This document shows positions 37,333-47,173 of a stretch of 64,000 nucleotides of DNA, piece after piece (the first letter of the stretch is position 1; each line of letters starts with the position of its first letter). The position numbers and the translations under genes were made by a program. The stretch is taken from the IMG/VR virus record IMGVR_UViG_3300028025_000090; one strand, written 5' to 3'. The notes under the pieces were generated by a model. The model had not been told where the DNA came from. It did not search any database and saw nothing but the letters and a program-made list of their open reading frames with translations. This DNA comes from a virus.

Positions 37333-38457
37333 ATGTCAAAAGATATTGATAAAGATATTTTAGCGTCTTTGAACGCTTTGGACGATGTAGTTCCATACTC
37401 AGCATATCTGAGTGATTCCACTCTTTCCAGTGTAAATGACTGGATTGATACGGGGAGTATGGTTCTCAATGCTCTGATTTCTGGCTCGTTGTATGGTGGT
37501 ATTCCAAATGGACGCATCACACAATTAGCAGGACCATCAGGTGCATTTAAAACGGGACTTGTAATGCAAATTCTGGCAAATGCACAGAAGAAAGGTATGA
37601 TTCCTGTCATCTTCGATACTGAGGGTGCAATTGATCCTGAATCTGCTGCTAAATTTGGTTTGGATATTACCAAAGTCAAATATGTTGGATGTGAATCTGT
37701 TGAGCAAACCAGAAATGCGATTTATAAATTCCTGAAGAATGTTCGGGAGAAGAAACAATTCGGTAAATTTATTATCGCTATTGATTCTCTTGCGAATTTA
37801 AACTCAGAAATGGAACTGACCCGTATGGATAAGGATTCTATGTCTGCTGATATGGGAACATTTGCAAAATCTGTTAAGAGTTTGTTGAAGACATGCACAA
37901 ACATGTCAACTCTCACTAAGACTCCTATTCTGATTACTAATCATGTCTATGACGATCCGAGTGCAATGTATCCATCTTTGGAGAAGAATATGCCAGGTGG
38001 TAAAGCAGCGGTGTATCTTCCCTCTGTCACCATTCAACTCGCAAGAAAATTGGTAAAAGATGCTGATAACAAACAAGTCAATGATAAATTGGCTGCATCA
38101 CAGAAGAATTATTCAGGTGTTGTTATCCGTGCTTTGACAGTTAAAAACCGCTTCATCAAGCAATATCTTGAAGGTGAGTTCTATCTGTCCTTTAGTAAAG
38201 GGTTGGACAAGTATTATGGTTTGCTTGACATCATGAAAGGTATGGGAGTAGTCGATAACTCAGGTTCTTCTTATACCGATTGGACAGGAGAGAAACTTGG
38301 ATACTATAAAGTATGGAGTAAAGACATTGATCTCTGGGAAAATAAATTTCTCCCAGAACTTGAGAAGCGAATCAAAGAGCATTGGGCTTATGGCTCATCT
38401 CCTGATGATGATAATTTGATTGAATTGGAAGAAGACGAGGATACCAATGCAGATTGA
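37333..38457 (+). CDS. uvsX: UvsX/RecA recombinase
   Basis: GPSGAFKT, FDTEGA, IDSLANL, TNHVY, PGG. Confidence 0.93.
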   Translation: MSKDIDKDILASLNALDDVVPYSAYLSDSTLSSVNDWIDTGSMVLNALISGSLYGGIPNGRITQLAGPSGAFKTGLVMQILANAQKKGMIPVIFDTEGAIDPESAAKFGLDITKVKYVGCESVEQTRNAIYKFLKNVREKKQFGKFIIAIDSLANLNSEMELTRMDKDSMSADMGTFAKSVKSLLKTCTNMSTLTKTPILITNHVYDDPSAMYPSLEKNMPGGKAAVYLPSVTIQLARKLVKDADNKQVNDKLAASQKNYSGVVIRALTVKNRFIKQYLEGEFYLSFSKGLDKYYGLLDIMKGMGVVDNSGSSYTDWTGEKLGYYKVWSKDIDLWENKFLPELEKRIKEHWAYGSSPDDDNLIELEEDEDTNAD

Positions 38458-39217
38458 AAAAGGTATTCATCTGTTTCATGGTGATTGCTTGGAAGTTCTA
38501 AAAAAGCTTCCAAGCAATTCTGTTGATTTGATTTTGGCTGACCCTCCATATGAGAAAATGAAGTATGCGGTTTCGTGGGATTCAATCATTGATCTGGATC
38601 AAATGTGGGGGGAATTGAGACGAGTTAGGAAAGACAAAACTCCTACCGTATTATTTTCACAGCAACCATTTACTTCTAAGCTGATACTATCGAATTTGGA
38701 AGAATATAAATGTGAATGGATTTGGGATAAACACATTTCACGAGGAATGCAAACAGCCAAGTACAAACCCATGGTAAGACATGAAAATATTTTAGTATTT
38801 GGAAATTCCAATTTAAATTATTATCCGATGATGGTTGAGCGTGATAAACCCATTAAACGAAAATTATATAAAAAGGATAATACGTATTTTATTGGGAAAA
38901 ATGATGGGGAATATCGAGAATATACCCATAAAAATCCTGAAACCATTCTGGAAGGATTTTGGGAAAAAAACAAAGGTAAGATCCATCCAACCCAAAAACC
39001 TGTAAAATTATTGGAATATCTAATTAACACATATTCCAATGAAGGAGAATTGATATTGGATTTTTGTTATGGTTCCAACTCATGCGGCATCGCAGCTTCC
39101 AATACCAATAGAAAATATATTGGTATTGAAAAAGATGTGAAATTCTATGAAGCTGGTAGAGATCGGTTGATCAACCATTTAAACTCAACCAGTGGTGATA
39201 ATTCACTGGTTTCTTAA
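38447..39217 (+). CDS. DNA adenine methyltransferase (beta class)
   Basis: ADPPY, HPTQKP, DFCYGSNS (degenerate motif I); start refined to MQIEKG. Confidence 0.85.
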   Translation: MQIEKGIHLFHGDCLEVLKKLPSNSVDLILADPPYEKMKYAVSWDSIIDLDQMWGELRRVRKDKTPTVLFSQQPFTSKLILSNLEEYKCEWIWDKHISRGMQTAKYKPMVRHENILVFGNSNLNYYPMMVERDKPIKRKLYKKDNTYFIGKNDGEYREYTHKNPETILEGFWEKNKGKIHPTQKPVKLLEYLINTYSNEGELILDFCYGSNSCGIAASNTNRKYIGIEKDVKFYEAGRDRLINHLNSTSGDNSLVS

Positions 39218-40583
39218 ATCCGCGATCTTTAAACTCGCCAATATTGTTTAGGTGGCTATCTTTTTTGACTTGTTCAGAGAAATACCCCATAACACCTGTC
39301 TCTTCTTCCTCGTTCTTCTGTTTGCGAGGTTTTTTTGGTTTTTGTGTTGGGCTTTCTTTTTCTTTGGCGTAAAATGCGTCATCAGAAGCTTTTCTAACAT
39401 CAGAAAAATTATCGGATGTGTCAATCTCTGCCGAACTAAATCCTGCTGCTTTTCTACCAGCAGAGATTTCTTGTTTTTCCAAAGCATCGGAAGATTTTAT
39501 CAATTCTTTCCATTTGAGAACAATTTCAATTTCTGGCTCAGTTATAATACCTTTGCTTGCCACACTGTTTAGAAAATTTGGAGTATAAATGTCGAGAATA
39601 TCTTCAACGGCTTTTCGCTTGTCATCTATCATCTCTTCGGAAACTCCTCTTGTTTCACGCGATTCCAGATCATTTTCATATTCATCCGCAATATATTCGC
39701 TCATTTCTGAAGGAAATTTGTTAATGAAGGCATCATAAAGTTTCTCCTTGGAGACTGGTTTATTGTTCGATAATCTATCTTCCAAAGTTTTGATGATCAT
39801 ACCCAATCCCTTAACATCTACGTTGTAATATTCGACTAATTCTTGATCGTCTCGCAAACCTATCAAAGTTTCAATAAACGTATCCAAAGGTATTAAATCC
39901 TCGGAAATTTTTTTATTACCATCATCAATCACGATTCTTTCTTTGTTTCGTAATGCTTGTATTGTTCCTGAAGGTAGTAAAGTTCTGCTTCTTCTATTTA
40001 TTTTGGTAATAATTGGCCAAACCTCCCCCTTCATGGTTGCAAAATCATTAGCAGACATGGAATATTTTGTTTCGATACGGGTAGCATATCCCTTCGCCCT
40101 GTTTTTAAACTCTAATCTATCTTCGAGTTTCTGTTTATATTCTTCAATATATTCAGGACTCGTTACTTCATTGAAGAATTTTTCAGAAGTCGCGAGGTCA
40201 GGTTTTTTATTCGCTAAGTATGAAACGATCCACTTGGAACGCTTATTACTATCATTTGATCCCGTCCCGATGAAATCGAGATAATCTTCCTGTAATTCGG
40301 GAGATTTTTCCCATAACTTTGCGATGTATTGATTGACACTTGTATATTGAAAAGTTGTTTTGTAAATTTTCTCGTATAATGCTTCCGTCACATAATCGTT
40401 CAATAATTTGACATTTGCTGGAACTTTCCACTTTTCAAATAGTTTTTTTCCTATTTCTGGTCGTATCACATTGACAAAGTTTGCGACCTTTTCATTTTTT
40501 TCTGGTCTTGTTGAAGATGTTTTAGCCATTTCAGACAAAACCTGTACCTTTTCTACCAAATAATCGAATCCGTAATTTCTCAT
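39171..40583 (-). CDS. 470-aa hypothetical late protein, candidate internal head protein
   Basis: TAAGTA at 40589-40594, 5 nt upstream; MRNYGFDYLVEKVQVLSE. Confidence 0.7.
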   Translation of the reverse strand: MRNYGFDYLVEKVQVLSEMAKTSSTRPEKNEKVANFVNVIRPEIGKKLFEKWKVPANVKLLNDYVTEALYEKIYKTTFQYTSVNQYIAKLWEKSPELQEDYLDFIGTGSNDSNKRSKWIVSYLANKKPDLATSEKFFNEVTSPEYIEEYKQKLEDRLEFKNRAKGYATRIETKYSMSANDFATMKGEVWPIITKINRRSRTLLPSGTIQALRNKERIVIDDGNKKISEDLIPLDTFIETLIGLRDDQELVEYYNVDVKGLGMIIKTLEDRLSNNKPVSKEKLYDAFINKFPSEMSEYIADEYENDLESRETRGVSEEMIDDKRKAVEDILDIYTPNFLNSVASKGIITEPEIEIVLKWKELIKSSDALEKQEISAGRKAAGFSSAEIDTSDNFSDVRKASDDAFYAKEKESPTQKPKKPRKQKNEEEETGVMGYFSEQVKKDSHLNNIGEFKDRGFKKPVNYHHWLSLNG

Positions 40584-40591
40584 AATTATAC

Positions 40592-40747
40592 TTAGTAATC
40601 TCTTGTAATTTCTCTGTCGAATTCGGCAGATAATTTCTTCAAAAGTCCTTGTCGTCTGTTTCCATATTCATTTCGATCAAGATATTGTTTGATTAGATCA
40701 CGATCCAACATTTTGGATTTGAGGTCTTTTAAATTTATTTTTACCAT
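40592..40747 (-). CDS. small hypothetical protein
   Basis: MVKINLKDLK...; start uncertain (ORF track gives 40780). Confidence 0.4.
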   Translation of the reverse strand: MVKINLKDLKSKMLDRDLIKQYLDRNEYGNRRQGLLKKLSAEFDREITRDY

Positions 40748-40760
40748 ATTATTTAATAAA

Positions 40761-40788
40761 TTGACTTCCCGATAAGACATGTTAAGGT
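40761..40788 (+). promoter_or_regulatory. sigma70-type promoter TTGACT-N16-TAAGGT, 6 nt before ATG at 40795
   Basis: direct reading. Confidence 0.7.
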
Positions 40789-40794
40789 AATTTT

Positions 40795-41451
40795 ATGTCA
40801 AATTCTAATATTTGTATCTTCACCGCGACCAAAGGCAATAATTGGCACTTTCCCCTAGCTAAAACAGCTTTGGATTTGGATTTGGATCATTTTATTCGCC
40901 CAAAGTTCAACAATCGCCAAGGACTCGCCAAGGTTTATAATGAATTCCTAGACATAGCCATCAAGGAGAAATTTGATTATGTGATGTTCATCCACGATGA
41001 CGTTCATCTGGAACATGATCCTCGACCAAAGCTGGAGAAACTATTTCAGGAATTCGATATTGTGGGCGTAGCAGGGTGTTCTCAAGCAGAAATCAAGTCT
41101 CCTGCACTATGGCATCTAATGGGGCAAGGACACCTACACGGTGCAGTAGCACACAAGCACGGTGATAAAAAATATATGACAAGCTTTGGTGCTTATCCAC
41201 AAAGAGTGGTGATGATCGATGGCGTTTTCATGGCATTTAATCGGAAAGCGATTGAAACTGTGCGGTTTGATGAGGATTGTCCATCAGGTTTCCACTTCTA
41301 TGATCTTTGTATGCAACAAAAAGCTTTAGAAAAAGGCTTGAAAATTGGTGTGGGGGATGTTATCATTACTCACGAATCTCCAGGGTTACGAGAATTTACT
41401 GAGGATTGGAAAGCTGGTGAGAAATATTATTTGGAGGTATACGGAAAATAA
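40795..41451 (+). CDS. GT2-like (StrF/Glyco_tranf_2_5-type) glycosyltransferase
   Basis: GLAKVYN, FIHDDV, VGVAG, IDGVFMA, FHFYD, HESPG. Confidence 0.8.
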   Translation: MSNSNICIFTATKGNNWHFPLAKTALDLDLDHFIRPKFNNRQGLAKVYNEFLDIAIKEKFDYVMFIHDDVHLEHDPRPKLEKLFQEFDIVGVAGCSQAEIKSPALWHLMGQGHLHGAVAHKHGDKKYMTSFGAYPQRVVMIDGVFMAFNRKAIETVRFDEDCPSGFHFYDLCMQQKALEKGLKIGVGDVIITHESPGLREFTEDWKAGEKYYLEVYGK

Positions 41452-42767
41452 TGATAGAAATTGATTTTGATTATTTTGAAAAGGTTCTTGTGAAGAACGC
41501 GATCACGAATGGTGCTTTTCTGGCATCCATTGCTGATTATGTTCAACCCAAGTATTTCACGGATAAAAATATTGCGAAATATTTTGAGATTGTTGCAGAT
41601 TTCTACGAGAAACGACAATCTCTTCCCACATTCACAGAGGTGAAGACATATCTCACGACAGATGAACTCAAAACCAACTTTAAAAAGTTAATTGAGTCAT
41701 TCAAAGAGATTGATTCCAATCACAATCAGGATGAATTGTATGAGAATACTGAAAGATTCCTCAAGGAAAGAGGTATGTATCACTCTATTTTGGAGTCCGC
41801 AGAGGCAATTTCCGAAGGAGAAGCTGATACTGCCGAGATCGTAGAGAAATTTGAGAAGATTGCTGGTATCAATCTTAATGTTGATAAAGGAATTGAGCTT
41901 TATGGTGATGTTGAAAAGGTCATTGATGACATTTTGAGTGATGAAACCACCATTTCTTCCAAATGGGCATGGTTAGATGAAGCACTAGGAGGTGGATTCC
42001 AAGAAGCTGGTAAGGCATTGTATGTGTTCGCGGGTCAATCCAACATTGGTAAGAGTATTTTCCTTGGTAACGTGGCAGCAAACATCGCATCACAGGGTAA
42101 ACATGTGCTTGTGGTGACTCTGGAGATGTCGGAAACGCTCTATGCTAAGAGAATTGCGTCCAATGTGACAAAGATTCCGATGAAAGAGTTCCGAAATTGT
42201 GTTCCAACGCTTCGACATGCCCTTGAACAAGAGCATAAAAACACTGATGGTAGGATTTATATCAAAGAATTCCCCCCATCTACGATTACCCCTAAGCAAT
42301 TGGGAGCTTTCATCAAGAAAATGAAGGATTCTGGTATCAGAATCGATGCTGTGGTGCTTGATTACATCACTTTAATGACTGCTGCTGGTAGTAACAGCTA
42401 TGAAAAGGGTAAAAACATCTGTGAACAAGTCAGAGCATTGTCATATGTCTATAAATGCCCTATCATCTCAGCTTGTCAGTTGAATAGATCTGCTGTTGGA
42501 CAAAATAACCCTGATATGTCAGGTGTTGCCGAGTCTTTGGCGATTGTTATGACTGCTGATGTGATCGCATCTATCTTCCAGAACGAAGAAGACCAAGAAA
42601 TGGCAGTAATTCGTCTGGGAATGATGAAAAATAGGTTCGGACCGAGAGGAATGACACAAGCTATGAGAATTGATTACCCAACACTCACTGTGCATCAATC
42701 GGAAGATGATGAAGAAGAGTTGATGAATGATAATGAATTGAGTCTTTTGGAGAAGTTGAGCGATTAA
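41451..42767 (+). CDS. gp41: replicative DnaB-like helicase gp41
   Basis: AGQSNIGKS, TLEMSE, LDYI, CQLNRS, KNRFG. Confidence 0.93.
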   Translation: MIEIDFDYFEKVLVKNAITNGAFLASIADYVQPKYFTDKNIAKYFEIVADFYEKRQSLPTFTEVKTYLTTDELKTNFKKLIESFKEIDSNHNQDELYENTERFLKERGMYHSILESAEAISEGEADTAEIVEKFEKIAGINLNVDKGIELYGDVEKVIDDILSDETTISSKWAWLDEALGGGFQEAGKALYVFAGQSNIGKSIFLGNVAANIASQGKHVLVVTLEMSETLYAKRIASNVTKIPMKEFRNCVPTLRHALEQEHKNTDGRIYIKEFPPSTITPKQLGAFIKKMKDSGIRIDAVVLDYITLMTAAGSNSYEKGKNICEQVRALSYVYKCPIISACQLNRSAVGQNNPDMSGVAESLAIVMTADVIASIFQNEEDQEMAVIRLGMMKNRFGPRGMTQAMRIDYPTLTVHQSEDDEEELMNDNELSLLEKLSD

Positions 42768-42808
42768 TGAATACCCTTGACAAATTTATAAAAAATTGTA
42801 GGTATGAC

Positions 42809-43663
42809 ATGTCAAAGTGTTTCGCTTGGGTTAATAGTGATTTGGATGGTATTGGTTCTACAGTCCTTCTAGGTAATTTATTTAAGAATTTTGAGTATCG
42901 CCACTGCTTCTTCGGTAAGTTTGAGGAGCAATACCTACCTTGGGCTAAAGAAAATGCAGAAGATTATGATAAAATCTTCGTAGTCGGCATGGTTTTAGAT
43001 CAAAATCTCATCAAAAAGATTGATGATCATCGTGTGGTGTTCGTTTCAGACCGTCCCGAAGACTTTAAAACATGGGATTCCACCATGATTCAGGAAGAAT
43101 GTTCATCTTGCACCAAGATGTTGTATAAAAAATTCAAAGAAAAGGTGGAATTTACGAAAGATTTGAAAAAATTCTTCCTATACGTCGATGATTACAATTC
43201 ATATGATCTGAAACACGAAGAAACCAAGTATCTCAATGCTCTTTATCGTAAATCTGGTGGAAATCGCTTTATTAATTTTGTAAATCGCTTCTGGAACGGG
43301 TTTGACGGGTTCACTACCACAGAAGTTAAGCTTGCTGAAGGTTTTTTCAAGGAATTAGAAAAAGAATTGGAGCAAATTCAACTATTCACAGGAGAATGGG
43401 AAGGATTTAAGGTCATTTCCACGATTTCTAAGTTCTCCGTGAATGAATTGAGCCATTCCATTATGGAAAATTATAAAGGAGACGCTGTAATTGTAATGAA
43501 CCCTGATACAAAATTCGTTTCTTTTAGAAAATGTAAAGGATCGGAGGTTGACATTGCTAAAATGGCTGCTAATCTGTGTGACGGTGGTGGCGGCGAATGG
43601 GCATCAGGAGGTAAAATCACCAAGGAATTTTTGAAATTCAGCGAAACACTTACAGAATTATGA
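42809..43663 (+). CDS. DHH/DHHA1-family phosphoesterase-like protein (degenerate DHH motif)
   Basis: SDLDGIG, CTKMLY, VDDY, GGGG..ASGG; start refined to MSKCF. Confidence 0.7.
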   Translation: MSKCFAWVNSDLDGIGSTVLLGNLFKNFEYRHCFFGKFEEQYLPWAKENAEDYDKIFVVGMVLDQNLIKKIDDHRVVFVSDRPEDFKTWDSTMIQEECSSCTKMLYKKFKEKVEFTKDLKKFFLYVDDYNSYDLKHEETKYLNALYRKSGGNRFINFVNRFWNGFDGFTTTEVKLAEGFFKELEKELEQIQLFTGEWEGFKVISTISKFSVNELSHSIMENYKGDAVIVMNPDTKFVSFRKCKGSEVDIAKMAANLCDGGGGEWASGGKITKEFLKFSETLTEL

Positions 43664-44205
43664 AAAGAAGAACATTTTTAGGAGCATTGGGAGCTTTGTT
43701 TCTCCCCACAGTAGCAGTAGCGAAAACAATTGTAGAAAATAAAATCACGCCCCCAACAGAGGAAGAAGATTTTTATCAATTCTTTTTAAATTTTAACGGA
43801 TTTCCAATCAATGAAATGCAAAAAGGTATGTTCCGTTTTTATAAAAACGGATACACTTCAAATGCTTATGGGCGACAACTTGGCGTATCCACATTCATGT
43901 TGACATTAGCAGCATGGGAAGCATTTAAAGGTAAAACAGTTGTCCATTTTTCATCAAATCAATATTTACGTGATAAAATTAGAAGAAAATATTATGAAAA
44001 TATTGACAAACATTTTGAAAAATATTGTGATGGTAAATTTCCAGGTATTAATTTTGATAGTATCGAATCGCAAAATAGGGGATATATGATGAAAAAATAT
44101 GATGTGGCATTATTAGATCAATCTAGCCCATATTATCACGAAGCATGGTCTGCCATTGCTCCGTCAGTTAAAAAAACATTATTATTAAAAACATATGAGT
44201 TTTGA
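43660..44205 (+). CDS. hypothetical protein with twin-arginine-like N-terminus
   Basis: MKRRTFLGALGALFLPTVAVA; RQLGVST P-loop-like remnant. Confidence 0.5.
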   Translation: MKRRTFLGALGALFLPTVAVAKTIVENKITPPTEEEDFYQFFLNFNGFPINEMQKGMFRFYKNGYTSNAYGRQLGVSTFMLTLAAWEAFKGKTVVHFSSNQYLRDKIRRKYYENIDKHFEKYCDGKFPGINFDSIESQNRGYMMKKYDVALLDQSSPYYHEAWSAIAPSVKKTLLLKTYEF

Positions 44206-44479
44206 TCCATCATCAGAAATTGTGGAAGAGGAAACAAATCACCTCTTCCTATGCTATTGTTCCTTTATAAATCATCTTAAAGGAAAAAAATTATCTATTC
44301 AAAATGTTTTCGTGACTACTCTCCAAGAAGAGAAACTGAAAACAATACTGAAAACGATATTGTCGCTTGATTCCGATCAGGAATTGGTTAGAGTATTTTT
44401 AGACTATGATCCTACTATTTCACGTAGTAAGTTCATCACGAAATACATCAACTCGGAGCAGAAAAAAAGAAAGAAATGA
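44195..44479 (+). CDS. hypothetical protein
   Basis: 94-aa coupled ORF. Confidence 0.6.
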   Translation: MSFDPSSEIVEEETNHLFLCYCSFINHLKGKKLSIQNVFVTTLQEEKLKTILKTILSLDSDQELVRVFLDYDPTISRSKFITKYINSEQKKRKK

Positions 44480-45105
44480 CTGACTTTCAAAAAAGAATAT
44501 ACAATTCCCATCTCGCCATCTCCCGTAAAATGAGAGATAAACCATTTCGGATTAGAAAAGATTTCTCCGACATGGATCAAACCAAGTTAGATCGACTTGC
44601 TTCTTTAGAAAGGTTCTTCAATAGCTATCAGAATATTAAAATTGATGACTACTTCTCTGCCCCTTACGTTATTTTTGAGGATGATGACTATTTTGATTTG
44701 GATTTTTACTTGACTTCCAAAGCAAAGAAGGCATACTCTCAATACATGAAGAAAATTGAGATGGATGATCCTGATTCGGAAAGTTCCCTCAATCGAATGG
44801 TGGATAGTCTCAAATTTGTCAAAAATTTCTGTAGAGAAAAAAACTTGACTTTGAAAGAATATCCATTATATATTGAAGGAGCTTTACCGACCATGATTGA
44901 CCATCTGAAGAACCATCATATAAATATGTATGCGCTTCATGCTTTAGGTGTTTCAAAAATCGAGGTAGAGAATCGTATTCTGGATTTTATTTTTTCAGAT
45001 TTTTGGATCACGTTTCAAAAGACGAAGAACAAATTTTATCTGTCGAAAAAAATGAAGGAATTTTCAAAACAAGCAATTGACAAAATACAAAAACAACTAC
45101 AATAA
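44476..45105 (+). CDS. hypothetical, possible gp59-like helicase loader
   Basis: size and position immediately upstream of gp32 (synteny only). Confidence 0.4.
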   Translation: MTDFQKRIYNSHLAISRKMRDKPFRIRKDFSDMDQTKLDRLASLERFFNSYQNIKIDDYFSAPYVIFEDDDYFDLDFYLTSKAKKAYSQYMKKIEMDDPDSESSLNRMVDSLKFVKNFCREKNLTLKEYPLYIEGALPTMIDHLKNHHINMYALHALGVSKIEVENRILDFIFSDFWITFQKTKNKFYLSKKMKEFSKQAIDKIQKQLQ

Positions 45106-45116
45106 CTAAACAACAA

Positions 45117-46028
45117 ATGAGTACAAAAACAAAAAGCAAATTCGGTGCTGCGATGTTCGATTCGATCAAAGCAGCCTTAAACAAGGGTAATGATTCGTCT
45201 GGTGGACAATTCTCAAATATTATGAGTTTTCCTGCTGGTAATACATACACTCTGCGTCTGATCCCTAATGTGGAGAATCCTGAAAAGAGTCTCTTCCATC
45301 ATTGGGTGAATGGCTGGAATAGCAAAGCGACAGGTTCTTATATGAGCTTCATTGGTCTTCAAACTTTTGGTGATCGTGATCCGATTTCTGAACTTCGCTG
45401 GAAACTTTGGAAAAGCTGGAAAGAAGCTAATCCCAAAGCTGAGAACAAAGAATACAAAGCAGAAATTGCTCAAAAAGAGCAGTGGCTTGTAAATGTTTAC
45501 GTGATCAATGATCCTGCTAAACCAGAAAATAATGGCACTGTGAAGATTCTTCGTATGGGTCCACAACTCAAGAAAATTATCGACGATGCCACTGAAGGTG
45601 AGCGTTCCGATGAACTTGGTTGGGATATTTTCGACCCGACTAAAGGACACGATTTCAAGATCGTTGCTGAGAAGAAAGGCGAATACACCACATTTGAATC
45701 TTCGTTTATCACTACCAAGTCCAAGACTGTTTTGGATGAGGAAGAGATTGATAAGATTTGCGAGTCTCTTCATGATCTGGAAGCGGTTTATCCCGTGAAG
45801 ACTTATGACGAGCTTCAAGAATTTCTCAACGAACACTTCTTCGTTGGTGAAGAGAAAGAAGAGCGCAAGCCTCTAAAACAAGCCAAAAAAGAAGTAGTAG
45901 TTGATGATGATGACGACGACATTCCTTTCGTTCATGAAAAACCGAAAGTGACATCGACTCCCAAAAAGCAAGTAGTCGAAGATGACAATGATGAAATTGA
46001 TGATCTTCTTGCTGGATTAGATGACTAA
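45117..46028 (+). CDS. gp32: single-stranded DNA-binding protein gp32
   Basis: LRLIP, HHWVNG, NVYVINDP...NNGTVKI, FDP..GHDFKI, acidic tail. Confidence 0.9.
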   Translation: MSTKTKSKFGAAMFDSIKAALNKGNDSSGGQFSNIMSFPAGNTYTLRLIPNVENPEKSLFHHWVNGWNSKATGSYMSFIGLQTFGDRDPISELRWKLWKSWKEANPKAENKEYKAEIAQKEQWLVNVYVINDPAKPENNGTVKILRMGPQLKKIIDDATEGERSDELGWDIFDPTKGHDFKIVAEKKGEYTTFESSFITTKSKTVLDEEEIDKICESLHDLEAVYPVKTYDELQEFLNEHFFVGEEKEERKPLKQAKKEVVVDDDDDDIPFVHEKPKVTSTPKKQVVEDDNDEIDDLLAGLDD

Positions 46029-46035
46029 CCCCACT

Positions 46036-46073
46036 AACCCTCTCCATCAATCGGTGGGGAGGGTTTCCCCTTT
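46036..46073 (+). terminator. hairpin terminator after gp32
   Basis: AACCCTCTCCATC-aatc-GGTGGGGAGGGTT 13-bp stem with G-U pairs, then TCCCCTTT. Confidence 0.65.
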
Positions 46074-46081
46074 AATAAATT

Positions 46082-46528
46082 ATGAACAACATTCCCGAAG
46101 AAATTGAAGCAATGGCATTCCTGATTGGACAATCCAATCAGATTGATCAAATGATGGTTGACCGACCATCGACACTTATCACATCAGCGCAGACTTTGAA
46201 AAAAGGTTTGAATGATTACATTCAAACGCAAAGACAACAAGCTCCTCAACCTGTTCAATATCAACAACCCCCTCAACCTCCAGTCGTTAATTTACCACCC
46301 CAACAATTACCTCAAGTTCCCCAGTATGCACCAATGCCACAAAAAGTGGATGACGGGCAATTGGAATTGAATTTGGAGCCGACTAAAGTTGAGGAAATTA
46401 TTATTTTGTTGAAAGAAATCTCTAATAAGTTGACAAAGCAGAATAGTCTGCTAGAAAAGACGTATGCAAATCAATCTAAACAGAAAACCGTTTCAGAACC
46501 TGTTGTTAAGCTTGTCGCAAATAAGTGA
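46082..46528 (+). CDS. hypothetical protein with Gln/Pro-rich linker
   Basis: QQAPQPVQYQQPPQPP. Confidence 0.6.
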   Translation: MNNIPEEIEAMAFLIGQSNQIDQMMVDRPSTLITSAQTLKKGLNDYIQTQRQQAPQPVQYQQPPQPPVVNLPPQQLPQVPQYAPMPQKVDDGQLELNLEPTKVEEIIILLKEISNKLTKQNSLLEKTYANQSKQKTVSEPVVKLVANK

Positions 46529-47171
46529 CACATGTGTTCTGGAGATGAAAGATGATGGCATACATGGTATTTCCTCTAGCGAGGATAACTCCATGTATGC
46601 TCATGCATATCTAAGAGGTGATTTTGAAGAAAAGAATCTAAATCTACCTTCTCTGAAAAAGCTTTCCAAAGCATTAGACATGGTATCATCTGATACCGTG
46701 AAGCTAAAGTTGAATGGAAACCATTTGGAGTATAAAGATAAGCAAATCAAATTCAAATACCATCTTCATGAAGAAGGTGTTATCACTAGACCGAAATTAT
46801 CTCTGGAAAAGATTCGTAATTTTGAATATAACATCGAATTTGAGTTGGACTTCGATTTCCTTTCCAATATTCTCCAAAAATCTTCCATCACAAACACCAA
46901 AAAATTATATATTTTCACAGAAGATGGTAATTTGGTGTGGAAAGTAGGAGACGAGACTGTTCCAAACAGCGATACTCTGAGTATTGTAGGGGATGAAGTT
47001 GAATTCGAACTCAATCCTTTCATTCTAAAGATTGACAATTTGAAATTATTGTCTAAAGTATCGAAGACTGGTAATGTATTCAAAATCAATTCCAAGTTGG
47101 GAGTTGGTTGTATCGTCACGAAGAGTGGTGATTTTGAAATGGAATATATTTTTAGCTCATTGAAGAATTAA
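46464..47171 (+). CDS. gp45: sliding clamp gp45
   Basis: size, two-domain alpha/beta pattern, context near gp32. Confidence 0.75.
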   Translation: MQINLNRKPFQNLLLSLSQISDTCVLEMKDDGIHGISSSEDNSMYAHAYLRGDFEEKNLNLPSLKKLSKALDMVSSDTVKLKLNGNHLEYKDKQIKFKYHLHEEGVITRPKLSLEKIRNFEYNIEFELDFDFLSNILQKSSITNTKKLYIFTEDGNLVWKVGDETVPNSDTLSIVGDEVEFELNPFILKIDNLKLLSKVSKTGNVFKINSKLGVGCIVTKSGDFEMEYIFSSLKN

Positions 47172-47173
47172 TT

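Noticed and set aside
33119-42767. Inteins or introns in polymerase, recombinase or helicase
   Set aside because: The ORFs are continuous, of ordinary length, and lack intein splice motifs.
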